Part shown: one piece after another, positions 38,702 through 47,326 of the stretch
Position numbering within the stretch: position 1 is the first letter of the stretch
How the letters are laid out: every line of letters starts with the position of its first letter
Assembly: GCA_943357985.1 (NCBI GenBank)
Contig: CALRGR010000004.1
Coordinates: 1,238-65,237, forward strand
DNA: 64,000 nt
From: Candidatus Levybacteria bacterium GW2011_GWA1_37_16
GTDB lineage: Bacteria > Patescibacteriota > Microgenomatia > Levybacterales > UBA12049
Reading direction: 5' to 3'
Position numbers and translations under genes: made by a program
Notes under the pieces: generated by a model
Seen by the model: the letters and a program-made list of their open reading frames with translations, nothing else
What the model was told of the DNA's origin: nothing
Databases searched by the model: none

Positions 38702-39646
38702 ATGATTAACTTAGAAAATAAGCCATTTAGGGGCGGCCAGCCAGGAGTTGCTATGCCTGTCGAGATTAGACAGAGGATAAGTGAAGCTTATCACAGAAAA
38801 AGTTCGGAAGAACAGGCCAAGCAAATAGTCGGCTTGCTTGCGCTTACGCCGGAACAACTGGAAATCCGAAGAAAAAATATTGACCAAACTGGTAAACCTA
38901 AAACAGATGAGTATCTTCGTAAAAGGAGTACTGTTTGGAATACTATAAAACCGCTAGTGTTAAGAGACGCAACAATCCCCGAAATGATATCCATAACGGA
39001 TTTAACGAGAGATCAGATCGCTAATGCTGTGCATCATAGTGATAGTCCTGAACGCAGTGACATTTTAAGAGAATATCTATCTCCTGAAAAAGAAAAAGAA
39101 AGAAGAAAGAAATCTCGAGAAGCATTTCTCAATAAAAAGCCCTTATCACAAGAGCAAGAAAATAGCGATAATTTTGCAACCAACTTGTTGAATGAAAGTT
39201 TAATTTTGGAGGACACTATTTATTGGAATAAGCTGCGGGAGATTTATAAAACTGCTGGTAGGGACTTGCCGGAAAGTATATCAGATCAGCTCAGGCTTGA
39301 GGTATTATTGCGCGCAAGACTTGATTGTGCAAATGGAGATTTAGACCTTCTTCTTAGATATAGCCAGCTGAGAGATAGCATAGATCCTAGATGGTTTGAT
39401 GTAAATTTAAGAGAAGAGGAAAAATTTGTTATAGACTCGTTAGAGATATCTGGCATTAATTCATCTACTCCTGACTGTGTTCATCATTGGATGCTTGGTG
39501 ATCCAATGGACGGAGTTGTTTTTGGAGACTGTATTAGATGTGGTGGGCACAAGGAATTTAGTAATAAAAACCCAGAGCATAGAGTAGCGAACGGTAAAGC
39601 TCAAATTTCATTGGGTTATGGTGGAAAAGCAAGAAAACTAGATTAA
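38702..39646 (+). CDS. Hypothetical putative nucleic-acid-binding protein with a C-terminal Zn motif
   Basis: EIRQRISEA-type basic repeats; CVHHW...CIRCG. Confidence 0.6.
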   Translation: MINLENKPFRGGQPGVAMPVEIRQRISEAYHRKSSEEQAKQIVGLLALTPEQLEIRRKNIDQTGKPKTDEYLRKRSTVWNTIKPLVLRDATIPEMISITDLTRDQIANAVHHSDSPERSDILREYLSPEKEKERRKKSREAFLNKKPLSQEQENSDNFATNLLNESLILEDTIYWNKLREIYKTAGRDLPESISDQLRLEVLLRARLDCANGDLDLLLRYSQLRDSIDPRWFDVNLREEEKFVIDSLEISGINSSTPDCVHHWMLGDPMDGVVFGDCIRCGGHKEFSNKNPEHRVANGKAQISLGYGGKARKLD

Positions 39647-40834
39647 TTCGCTAGCAATGCCCTCAAGGCTGAGGTTTTTTTGTTCGCCTGATTCCATATT
39701 CTTTAAGGTTGCAGTATTGTTTTTTGCCTCTTCCGGCCCAATGATTAAAACATAAGGGATATTTTTTAAGCTTGCGTATTTTAGCTGCTTATCGAGCTTA
39801 TCTTGGCTATCTATCCAAAGCTCCGTGTTTATACCTTTTTCTCTAAGTATATTAGAGATTCTTATTGATTCTTTTCCCAATTCTTCCGAAAAAACGCTTA
39901 CTAAAACTTTTGTTCCGGACTCAGAAGCGGGAAGTAGGTTTTTTTCTTCTAAAACCTCCATAGTTCTGTCAAATCCCAGTCCAAAGCCAACAGCAGGAAT
40001 CTGCCTGCCGGTAAAATTTCTGATTAAATTATCATATCGACCTCCGCTGCAAATTGAACTTGTTGAACCTTCCGTGACCGTTTCAAAGATAATCCCGGTG
40101 TAATAATCAAGGCCTCTGGCAAGAGTGGGTTCGTATATAACTTTTGATGTATCGGCTCCCATTTCTTCTAGATTCTGCAAAATCATTTTAATATCTTTTG
40201 TTTGTGGTTTATTTGAAAGAACAGATAAAACTTTCTTAGCGTCTTTTTCATTCATTCCTTTCTCTACCATTTCTGATAGGACTGAGCTTTCTCCAATTTT
40301 CTCAAGTTTATCAATTGCGGAAACTATATTTTTGTCCAAAGTCTCAAAATTTTTCCTGTCATTTATTTTTATTTTTACTTCTAGCCCGAGAGTTTCATAA
40401 ATTGAAAGTACAAGTCTGATTATTTCGGCGTCTGCAACAAGCGAAGAAGAACCAACGGTATCTGCGTCACATTGTAAAAATTCCCTGTACCTTCCTTTTT
40501 GAGTGTTTTCACCTCTCCACACATTTTGAATTTGATATCTTTTAAATGGCAAGGGAAGAGTGTTTTGATATTGAGCAATAACTCTAGCAAGTGGCACAGT
40601 TTGATCATATCTAAGAGCCACTTCGTCTCCGCCGCGGGTTTTAAAATCATAAATTAGTTTTTCTTCTTCTCCATATTTGCCTGTGAGAATTTCTTTATAT
40701 TCAAGCGCCGGCGTTTCAAGAGGTTCAAAACCATAGGACTCAAACACCCCGCGGATTTTATCAATCACGTATTGGCGTTTTCTGGCCTCTTTAGGTAAAA
40801 AATCCCTAAATCCTTTTAAATTCTGCACTTTCAT
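39638..40834 (-). CDS. hisS: Histidine--tRNA ligase
   Basis: KGFRDF, LRYDQTVP, GRYREFLQCD, LARGLDYYTG, GGRYD. Confidence 0.97.
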   Translation of the reverse strand: MKVQNLKGFRDFLPKEARKRQYVIDKIRGVFESYGFEPLETPALEYKEILTGKYGEEEKLIYDFKTRGGDEVALRYDQTVPLARVIAQYQNTLPLPFKRYQIQNVWRGENTQKGRYREFLQCDADTVGSSSLVADAEIIRLVLSIYETLGLEVKIKINDRKNFETLDKNIVSAIDKLEKIGESSVLSEMVEKGMNEKDAKKVLSVLSNKPQTKDIKMILQNLEEMGADTSKVIYEPTLARGLDYYTGIIFETVTEGSTSSICSGGRYDNLIRNFTGRQIPAVGFGLGFDRTMEVLEEKNLLPASESGTKVLVSVFSEELGKESIRISNILREKGINTELWIDSQDKLDKQLKYASLKNIPYVLIIGPEEAKNNTATLKNMESGEQKNLSLEGIASELI

Positions 40835-40870
40835 AGCTATATGATATCTTTTTTTGAGGTTTTAATCAAA

Positions 40871-41338
40871 TTAGCTAGCCTTTTTATGACGAGTGGAGCG
40901 ATTGCCTACATAAAACTCTATTTGATTACGTATTCTTTCTGGAATCATTCTCTGTATGCTGTCAACGGACAGCGTCGTGCTTAGGTCTATTACGTAACGT
41001 TTCTGATCTGGTTGGCAATTACGTTCTATTGCCGCTAGATAGCGTACAGATTGATAAACCCTTCTTTTTCCGCCCGCCCGAAGATATACGCTTTCTATAG
41101 TTTCCGTAACAATGGCTACCCGTTGGTTCGAATCGACAGGAGGTTCTTTTTGTATGATTTGTAAGACATTCGGTTTCTGCCCAGCATAAATCCGGACAGT
41201 GGACTGCGGAGTTATCATCGCCAGATGTTCCATAAACTCTTCTAATGGGATGCCCGTATTTATATTTGCAGAATTAAAACTTAGAGCTCCAATAAAAGCC
41301 TCTGTGGCTCTGTTTGGCATTACTATTTCGCTTGTCAT
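40871..41338 (-). CDS. Hypothetical protein
   Basis: 155-aa ORF co-oriented with its neighbours. Confidence 0.55.
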   Translation of the reverse strand: MTSEIVMPNRATEAFIGALSFNSANINTGIPLEEFMEHLAMITPQSTVRIYAGQKPNVLQIIQKEPPVDSNQRVAIVTETIESVYLRAGGKRRVYQSVRYLAAIERNCQPDQKRYVIDLSTTLSVDSIQRMIPERIRNQIEFYVGNRSTRHKKAS

Positions 41339-41349
41339 AGTGGCCTATA

Positions 41350-42021
41350 TTATACCTCAATAAGGGTTTTTGGGGAATGGGTGAGGAGCTTTGGGCCTTT
41401 TTTTGTTAAAATTAGTACGTCTTCAATTCTGACTCCTCCAAAATTTTTAATATAAATTCCTGGTTCAATAGTAAAAATATCGCCAATCCTTAACGTATAA
41501 GCAGATGCAGGGCCTATTTTAAAGCCTTCATGAACTTTTTTTCCAACTCCATGTCCCAAAGTATGGGGAATAGGGTCAAACCCTTTTTTGAAAATATAAT
41601 CTCTGGCAATTCTATCTATCTCATATGCTTTGCAGTTTGGCTTTAGTGCTTTAATTGCTTTTTCCTGAGCTTCTAAAACAGTGCTATAAATTCTTCTTTG
41701 TTTCTTAGTTGCCTTTCCAAAAACAATAGTTCTAGACATATCTGAGCAATATCCGTTCACTCTTGCAGCAAAATCAAAAAGTATAAATTGATTTTTGTTT
41801 ATTAACTTTTTATTTGTTGGCTTGTGGTGAATTTCATAAGCACTTTCTCCAAACGCTACTATTGTATGGAAAGCAAGCCTTGCACCCTTTTTATTTATAA
41901 ATTTTCTAATTTCTCTTGATAGCTCTCTTTCTGTCACGCCAGTTCTAACCTTTTTCAAAATAAAATCAAAACACTCATCGGTTATCTCACACGCTCTGGT
42001 CGTTGAGGAAAGTTTATCCAT
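41350..42021 (-). CDS. M24 Xaa-Pro peptidase, catalytic domain only
   Basis: DF..GYCSDMSRT, HTLGHGVG, TIEPGIY, GVRIED. Confidence 0.9.
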   Translation of the reverse strand: MDKLSSTTRACEITDECFDFILKKVRTGVTERELSREIRKFINKKGARLAFHTIVAFGESAYEIHHKPTNKKLINKNQFILFDFAARVNGYCSDMSRTIVFGKATKKQRRIYSTVLEAQEKAIKALKPNCKAYEIDRIARDYIFKKGFDPIPHTLGHGVGKKVHEGFKIGPASAYTLRIGDIFTIEPGIYIKNFGGVRIEDVLILTKKGPKLLTHSPKTLIEV

Positions 42022-42806
42022 TATTTAACTATAGGGGTTAGTGTTTTTCCGTTTCTGGTTGAAGTTGGAGATGGAAGAATCTGACCGGAAGATTTAGAAC
42101 CTGGTATTTCTATTGCCGGGTTTGCTGGAAGTTCCAGTAGGAGAATAATATAGGAGGGTATAATTATAGAGGTATCTTTTTTATCCGGGTAACCAATTAC
42201 AACTACATTTTCTTTTTCTATAATTTTTGAAAATCCTGATTTTATTAATCCACCCAAAAGTGTATAGGATGAAGTTTTTGTTACAGTTGTTACGTCTATA
42301 GTCAGGCTTTTATTTTCATCCGTAACTACGGTAAAATTAAAATCCGGATTATTGATTGCAGTTACTGTGCCGTGTACAAAATGGGGAAGGATTGTCACGT
42401 CTACAAATCTTGCTAAAATTCTTCTTGAACTTTTATTGTACAAACCCAAAACTCCAATTGTGGATCCTTTCTCAATGTCTGAGATTCCAAAAGATCCTCT
42501 AGCTGCAGGATTTGTAAATTTTGTTAATTCATCAACATCTATGAATCTTGTATTGCCATTTATATCATCAACTGTGATTTGTGTCGTTGTTGCATCTGTA
42601 ACTTTTCCAATAATTCCTCTTTTTTCCGTAAGATTTAATTTTGCAGTATCCGATGCAACCAAATCCAAAAGTCTTTGCGCCTTTTGTTGCAAGTTAGTGC
42701 TGGTTGGCGTTGGGGTTGGAGTTGTGGTTACGGCACCAGCCTTAAATATAAAAAAATTTGAAAAGAGAATTGAGAAAATTAAAAATGTAATAAATTTCTT
42801 TTTCAT
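42021..42806 (-). CDS. Secreted hypothetical protein with repeated beta/OB-like domains
   Basis: Signal peptide, TPTP linker, two similar G-x-VT halves. Confidence 0.7.
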   Translation of the reverse strand: MKKKFITFLIFSILFSNFFIFKAGAVTTTPTPTPTSTNLQQKAQRLLDLVASDTAKLNLTEKRGIIGKVTDATTTQITVDDINGNTRFIDVDELTKFTNPAARGSFGISDIEKGSTIGVLGLYNKSSRRILARFVDVTILPHFVHGTVTAINNPDFNFTVVTDENKSLTIDVTTVTKTSSYTLLGGLIKSGFSKIIEKENVVVIGYPDKKDTSIIIPSYIILLLELPANPAIEIPGSKSSGQILPSPTSTRNGKTLTPIVK

Positions 42807-42808
42807 GA

Positions 42809-43231
42809 TTAAAATTTTTCTGTTGAGAATGTGACGGTTTTTGTAATTTTTATCTGCTCACCGGTTCTAGCAATTGCAGTTATTTCTATTAAATTTTGTC
42901 CGTCGCCGATATTTATAGTAGCGGAAAAGTTACCGTCTGATGACGGCGCTATTACTTTTTCATCCAAAGAAGTAAGGATTATTATAGTTGCGTCAGGTTT
43001 TGTTTTACCGCTAACTTGTATAACTTTGCTTTCCACAACGGATTCATCAGTGGGCTTTGAAAGAGTAAGGGAAACTTTAGAAGGATTTGTTTTTTCTTGA
43101 ACAGTTGCTATGGTTGTTAGTTTTGGAGGGGTAACAATCTTTGTAGATTCGTAAATATAGAAAATAATCCCTGCGACCAAAAGTCCAATAATTGCTGCGA
43201 TAAAGGCTAAAACTATTTTTTCTTTTTTCAT
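42809..43231 (-). CDS. Membrane-anchored Ig-like domain protein
   Basis: N-terminal TM; VSGKT, DGNFS, GQNLIEITA. Confidence 0.7.
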   Translation of the reverse strand: MKKEKIVLAFIAAIIGLLVAGIIFYIYESTKIVTPPKLTTIATVQEKTNPSKVSLTLSKPTDESVVESKVIQVSGKTKPDATIIILTSLDEKVIAPSSDGNFSATINIGDGQNLIEITAIARTGEQIKITKTVTFSTEKF

Positions 43232-43304
43232 GCTTTACGAGTTTGAATGATAGGGCAAAAAGATCCTCTTGTCAAGAAAACTGAGCTTATGATAGGATGT
43301 TGAC

Positions 43305-43826
43305 ATGGAAATAACACTTCTTAGCCCAGGTTCTATAAAAATTCGTTCAAAAATTGCAAGCTTTGTTGTTAATCCAAAATCAGATACTCTAAAAACGGAA
43401 GCTGACGCAGTGATAGGCTTGGAAGACGGGGTAGGTATTGATACGTCTAGCGTCTCAGAATTTAGAGTTGAAATATCAGGTCCCGGCGAATATGAAATTA
43501 AAGGAGTAAAAATATCCGGAGTAGTAGCCGCCGAGGCAGTTTTGTATAAATTGTCTTTAGATAAGATGGATGTTTTGCTTGCTAAGGCAACTTCTCTTTC
43601 AAAGGCAGAAAGCGTAACACCCGCGCACGTTGTAATTATTGATGCGGATGACATTCCAAGCGACAAAGCAATTACCACAATGCAGCCAAGCGTTGTTGTT
43701 TTATATGGACAGAAAGCCGTTGAAGCCGCAAAAACTATTAAAGAAATAGCTAGCGCGCCTGTTAATAAGTATGTAGTAACTTTTGAAAAACTCCCACAAG
43801 AAATGGAAGTAATTGTTTTAGGATGA
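43305..43826 (+). CDS. Degenerate metallo-beta-lactamase-fold protein
   Basis: ISGPGEYEIKGVKI motif; lacks the HxH metal ligands. Confidence 0.55.
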   Translation: MEITLLSPGSIKIRSKIASFVVNPKSDTLKTEADAVIGLEDGVGIDTSSVSEFRVEISGPGEYEIKGVKISGVVAAEAVLYKLSLDKMDVLLAKATSLSKAESVTPAHVVIIDADDIPSDKAITTMQPSVVVLYGQKAVEAAKTIKEIASAPVNKYVVTFEKLPQEMEVIVLG

Positions 43827-43835
43827 AAATAATTT

Positions 43836-45173
43836 ATGGCGAATTTGAAAGTTCCTCCAAATAATGAAGAAGCCGAGCAATCTGTGCTTGGTGCTATCTT
43901 AATAGACAAAGATGCAATAAGTGTGGCCTCAGAACTTATTAATCCTCTTGATTTTTACAATGAGTTAAACGGTCTTATTTTTGACGCAATGATTTCTTTG
44001 TATGAAGAGAGAAAGCCAATTGATATTTTAACTCTAACAGCCCAACTTAAAAAGCAAAAATTCTTTGACAAAATTGAGGGCAATTATCTTTCTGACCTTG
44101 TTGATATTGTTCCTACTGCGGCAAACCTAGAACATTACGCACTGCTTGTTAAAGAAGCTTCCACAAAAAGGGCATTGATTTCAATAGGCGGACAAATTGC
44201 GGAAATGGGCTTTATGGACGACAAAGAAGTGGGGGAGCTTGTAAATAGGGCCGAAGCTTTTGTTTTTGCTCTTTCTCAGGGAAACAGCCTTAGGGGATTT
44301 ATTCCAATTAAGCAAGCTCTTGCGGATAGCTTTGATAGAATCGATGAGCTTCATAAAAGAGGAGAGGGTTATCGCGGTGTTAAAACAGGATTTTTCGCAT
44401 TAGACAATATTCTTTCCGGTCTGCAAGATTCGAATCTCATAGTTCTGGCGGCAAGACCAGGTCAGGGAAAGACAGCCTTAATGGTTAACATTGCGCAAAA
44501 TATAGCCGTAAATGATAAATTGCCTGTTGGAATATTTTCTTTGGAAATGAGTCAGGAAGAATTAGTAGACAGACTTTTAGTGGGACAGGCAGATGTTGAT
44601 GCATGGAGGCTTAAGACAGGAAAACTTTCCGAAAGTGATTTTGCAAAATTATCAGAAGCAATGGGAAAGCTTGCAGAAGCACAAATATTTATTGATGACA
44701 CGCCGGGAATCTCAATATCGGAAATTAGAACAAGAGCAAGAAGGCTTCAATCCGAACATAAAATTAAACTTATAATTATTGATTATTTACAATTGGTAGA
44801 TTCCGGAAGGAGATATGAAAATAGAGTTCAGGAAGTATCGGCAGTTTCTCAGGCTATGAAAAACTTAGCAAGGGAGCTTAAGATTCCGGTTATTGCGGTT
44901 TCTCAGCTTTCGCGCGCGGTTGAGCATAGAGGTGAAAAAAAGCCACAACTTGCGGACTTAAGAGAAAGTGGTGCCATAGAGCAAGATGCGGACGTTGTCA
45001 TGTTTATTTATAGGCCGGAAGATGAGCTGGGTCCCACAATTGCGACAAAACTTTTAATCGCAAAGCATAGGAATGGTCCAACCGGTGAGATAGATTTACT
45101 TTTTAGAGGAGCTAGGATAAGATTTTATAATATAGAGAAAAAGCGAGTAGAAGGGGGAGGTGATAATAAATAA
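43836..45173 (+). CDS. dnaB: Replicative DNA helicase
   Basis: AEQSVLG, AARPGQGKT, IDYLQL, SQLSR, DLRESGAIEQDAD, KHRNGPTG; no intein. Confidence 0.97.
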   Translation: MANLKVPPNNEEAEQSVLGAILIDKDAISVASELINPLDFYNELNGLIFDAMISLYEERKPIDILTLTAQLKKQKFFDKIEGNYLSDLVDIVPTAANLEHYALLVKEASTKRALISIGGQIAEMGFMDDKEVGELVNRAEAFVFALSQGNSLRGFIPIKQALADSFDRIDELHKRGEGYRGVKTGFFALDNILSGLQDSNLIVLAARPGQGKTALMVNIAQNIAVNDKLPVGIFSLEMSQEELVDRLLVGQADVDAWRLKTGKLSESDFAKLSEAMGKLAEAQIFIDDTPGISISEIRTRARRLQSEHKIKLIIIDYLQLVDSGRRYENRVQEVSAVSQAMKNLARELKIPVIAVSQLSRAVEHRGEKKPQLADLRESGAIEQDADVVMFIYRPEDELGPTIATKLLIAKHRNGPTGEIDLLFRGARIRFYNIEKKRVEGGGDNK

Positions 45174-45478
45174 TGGACGATCAGCAAAATCAAAATCAGG
45201 GAAACCCAGCACAAAATCCAAATCCAGCAGGAATGCCAGGAGCAGGAATGCCTCCAGTGCAAACACCGCCAACTGAACCAGCAGGACAACCTGGTGGGCA
45301 AATGCCGCCAGTGCCAGGAGGAATGCCTCCAGTACAGCCTGAACCAACATTACCAATATCAGTACCTATGTCTGAGCCAAGTCAGCAAGATGCAGGACAG
45401 CCAGGAGGAATGCCGACGCAAACACCAGCGCAACCAGTAGTAGAGCCAATAGTGCCAGGTGGAACACCAACTGTTTAA
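45173..45478 (+). CDS. Pro/Gln/Gly-rich disordered protein
   Basis: GMPPVQ repeats; GGAGGTGA SD upstream. Confidence 0.6.
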   Translation: MDDQQNQNQGNPAQNPNPAGMPGAGMPPVQTPPTEPAGQPGGQMPPVPGGMPPVQPEPTLPISVPMSEPSQQDAGQPGGMPTQTPAQPVVEPIVPGGTPTV

Positions 45479-45495
45479 GTTAGAATACTTAGAAT

Positions 45496-45532
45496 AAAAA
45501 AGACAGTGGGATTTTATTCCCACTGTCTTTTT
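45496..45532. terminator. Bidirectional intrinsic terminator
   Basis: aaaaagacagtggga-ttttat-tcccactgtcttttt between convergent units. Confidence 0.85.
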
Positions 45533-45663
45533 GGTGGGCGAAGAGGGAGTCGAACCCTCACAGTCTTGCGACTAGTAGTTTTTGAGACTACCGCTCCAAA
45601 CTTGTCTCCGCTATCGCTTCGCAAGTGAACTCCGTCGCTTTGCTCGTCCGTTCCATTCCGCCC
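45532..45663 (-). tRNA. Atypical tRNA-Leu(CAA) with an expanded/replaced D-arm (132 nt)
   Basis: Acceptor GGGCGGA/TTCGCCC-A-CCA, anticodon arm GTAGT-CTCAAAA-ACTAC, variable arm, GAGGG-TTCGACT-CCCTC; D region ~65 nt. Confidence 0.65.
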
Positions 45664-45666
45664 TAG

Positions 45667-45750
45667 TGCCGGGAGAGAGACTCGAACTCTCAAGGGTTTA
45701 AAGCCCACGGGTTTTTGAGACCCGCGTGTATACCATTCCACCATCCCGGC
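45667..45750 (-). tRNA. tRNA-Leu(CAA)
   Basis: GCCGGGATGGTGGAATGGTATACACGCGGGTCTCAAAAACCCG...GAGAGTTCGAGTCTCTCTCCCGGCA; full cloverleaf, CCA not encoded. Confidence 0.93.
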
Positions 45751-45795
45751 TCGTCTAGATTGACCTTAGAGCTTCTATATTCTATAATATCCCGT

Positions 45796-46752
45796 ATGAC
45801 ACTTCAACAAATTTATGATCTTGCGCTAGATTTGGGAATTCAGGCAGATCCAAGGGGAGAGGCTGGCGTTAAAAAACTTCTTGTCAGGAACAAGAAAGAG
45901 CATGAGGAAATGACCGCAAAGCAAAAAAAATATTTTGACAATGAATCTTTAAAAAATCCATATTCCGATTCAAGAATATTAGTTGGAGATTCCAAATTGG
46001 AAGTCAAAAAAGTAATAGCAGGAATAGATGCAGATGCGTCAGAAGTTCTTCTAACAGATAGACTTAACCAAAAAGGAGAAAAAATTGACCTTTTAATTTC
46101 CCATCACCCGTCGGGTCATGCTTTGGCAAGTCTTCATGAAGTAATGGATGTTCAGGTTGATATGTTTGCTGCCGCCGGAGTCCCGGCAAATGTAGCGCAT
46201 GCTCTTTTTGAACAAAGAATGCAAGAGGTTAAAAGACGTGTCGGTCCTATAAATCATGGACAAACAGTAGATGCGGCAAAACTTTTAAACATTCCGCTTT
46301 TGGCACTTCATACCATATGGGATAACATGGGTAATGATTTCATGAAGAAGCATTTAGGTAAAAAAGTGTTTGATACTGCGGGAGAAGTGTTGGAGCGTGT
46401 AAAGGAAATTCCTGAGTTTGTTGAAGCGACAAAAGGAAAAGAAGCACCAAGTCTTGTATCGGGAACGGAAAAAAGCAGAGCAGGAAAAGTAGTTGTCGGA
46501 TTTACGGGAGGAACCAATCCCTCAAAAGAGCTTTATATAGAGCTTGCAAAAGCTGGAGTTGGAACGCTAATTGAAATGCATGTTCCGGAAGAAGCTTTAA
46601 AAGAACTTAAGAAACTCCATATTAATGTAATTGATTGTGGACATATGGCAGCAGATTCAATTGGAGCAAATATTTTTCTCGATGCTTTGGAGAAAAAAGG
46701 GGTAAAAGTTATTGCGTGTTCTGGCCTCATAAGAATTAAAAGAACAAAGTAG
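45796..46752 (+). CDS. NIF3-like (NGG1p-interacting factor) protein
   Basis: NPYSDSR, ISHHP, HTIWDN, GHMAADSIG; ATG 45796. Confidence 0.8.
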   Translation: MTLQQIYDLALDLGIQADPRGEAGVKKLLVRNKKEHEEMTAKQKKYFDNESLKNPYSDSRILVGDSKLEVKKVIAGIDADASEVLLTDRLNQKGEKIDLLISHHPSGHALASLHEVMDVQVDMFAAAGVPANVAHALFEQRMQEVKRRVGPINHGQTVDAAKLLNIPLLALHTIWDNMGNDFMKKHLGKKVFDTAGEVLERVKEIPEFVEATKGKEAPSLVSGTEKSRAGKVVVGFTGGTNPSKELYIELAKAGVGTLIEMHVPEEALKELKKLHINVIDCGHMAADSIGANIFLDALEKKGVKVIACSGLIRIKRTK

Positions 46753-46765
46753 TTTTCATTTTATT

Positions 46766-47323
46766 ATGATTTCTGTAACAGATTTGCGGGCAGGTGTGGT
46801 TTTTGAAGATCAAGGACAGCTTTTTCTGGTAATTTCCTACGAACATATAAAGATGGGGCGGGGAAGTGCCAATATAAAAGTTAAAATTAAAAATGTAAGA
46901 ACCGGAGGAACAGTTGACAAGAGTTTTATAAATGGAGCAAAAGTTAACGATGTAAGCGTTTTCAAAAGAGATGTGCAGTATCTATATAAAGACTCTGATA
47001 ACGCGTATTTCATGAATCCCACAACTTTTGAGCAAATGAGTATTCCTCTAAAAATAATGGGCAGCGATAGTTATTATCTTAAAGAGGGTGAGAATTTTAA
47101 CATTAGTTTTATGGGAGATGAAGCCTTGTCTATTAATTTACCGCCTAAAATGGATTTTAAAGTGGTGGATACAGCTGCCGGAGTTAAGGGAAATTCTGCA
47201 ACCAATGTTTTCAAAGACGCGGTTTTGGAAAATGGCTTAACGGCAAAGGTTCCTTTATTTATTAACGTAGGAAATAAGATCCGTGTTGATACAAGAACAG
47301 GTGCATACAGTGAAAGAGTATAG
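46766..47323 (+). CDS. efp: Elongation factor P
   Basis: HIKMGRGSA, YFMN..TFEQ, VPLFI, VDTRTGAY. Confidence 0.96.
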   Translation: MISVTDLRAGVVFEDQGQLFLVISYEHIKMGRGSANIKVKIKNVRTGGTVDKSFINGAKVNDVSVFKRDVQYLYKDSDNAYFMNPTTFEQMSIPLKIMGSDSYYLKEGENFNISFMGDEALSINLPPKMDFKVVDTAAGVKGNSATNVFKDAVLENGLTAKVPLFINVGNKIRVDTRTGAYSERV

Positions 47324-47326
47324 CTT

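Noticed and set aside
40001-40013. CTGCCTGCCGGT in hisS as a family-B repeat (TGRQ)
   Set aside because: Only a partial match, in a normal-length conserved HisRS segment; may be chance.
43235-43909. 224-aa minus-strand ORF and the other antisense ORFs in the track (e.g. 2034-2432, 42352-42834, 59206-59685)
   Set aside because: Shadow frames of well-supported genes on the opposite strand, with no motifs or start signals.
43836-45173. Intein or intron in dnaB (also checked gyrA and the visible part of gyrB)
   Set aside because: Lengths are normal and motifs are contiguous.
45514-45744. 76-aa minus-strand ORF
   Set aside because: It is simply the translation of the two tRNA genes.
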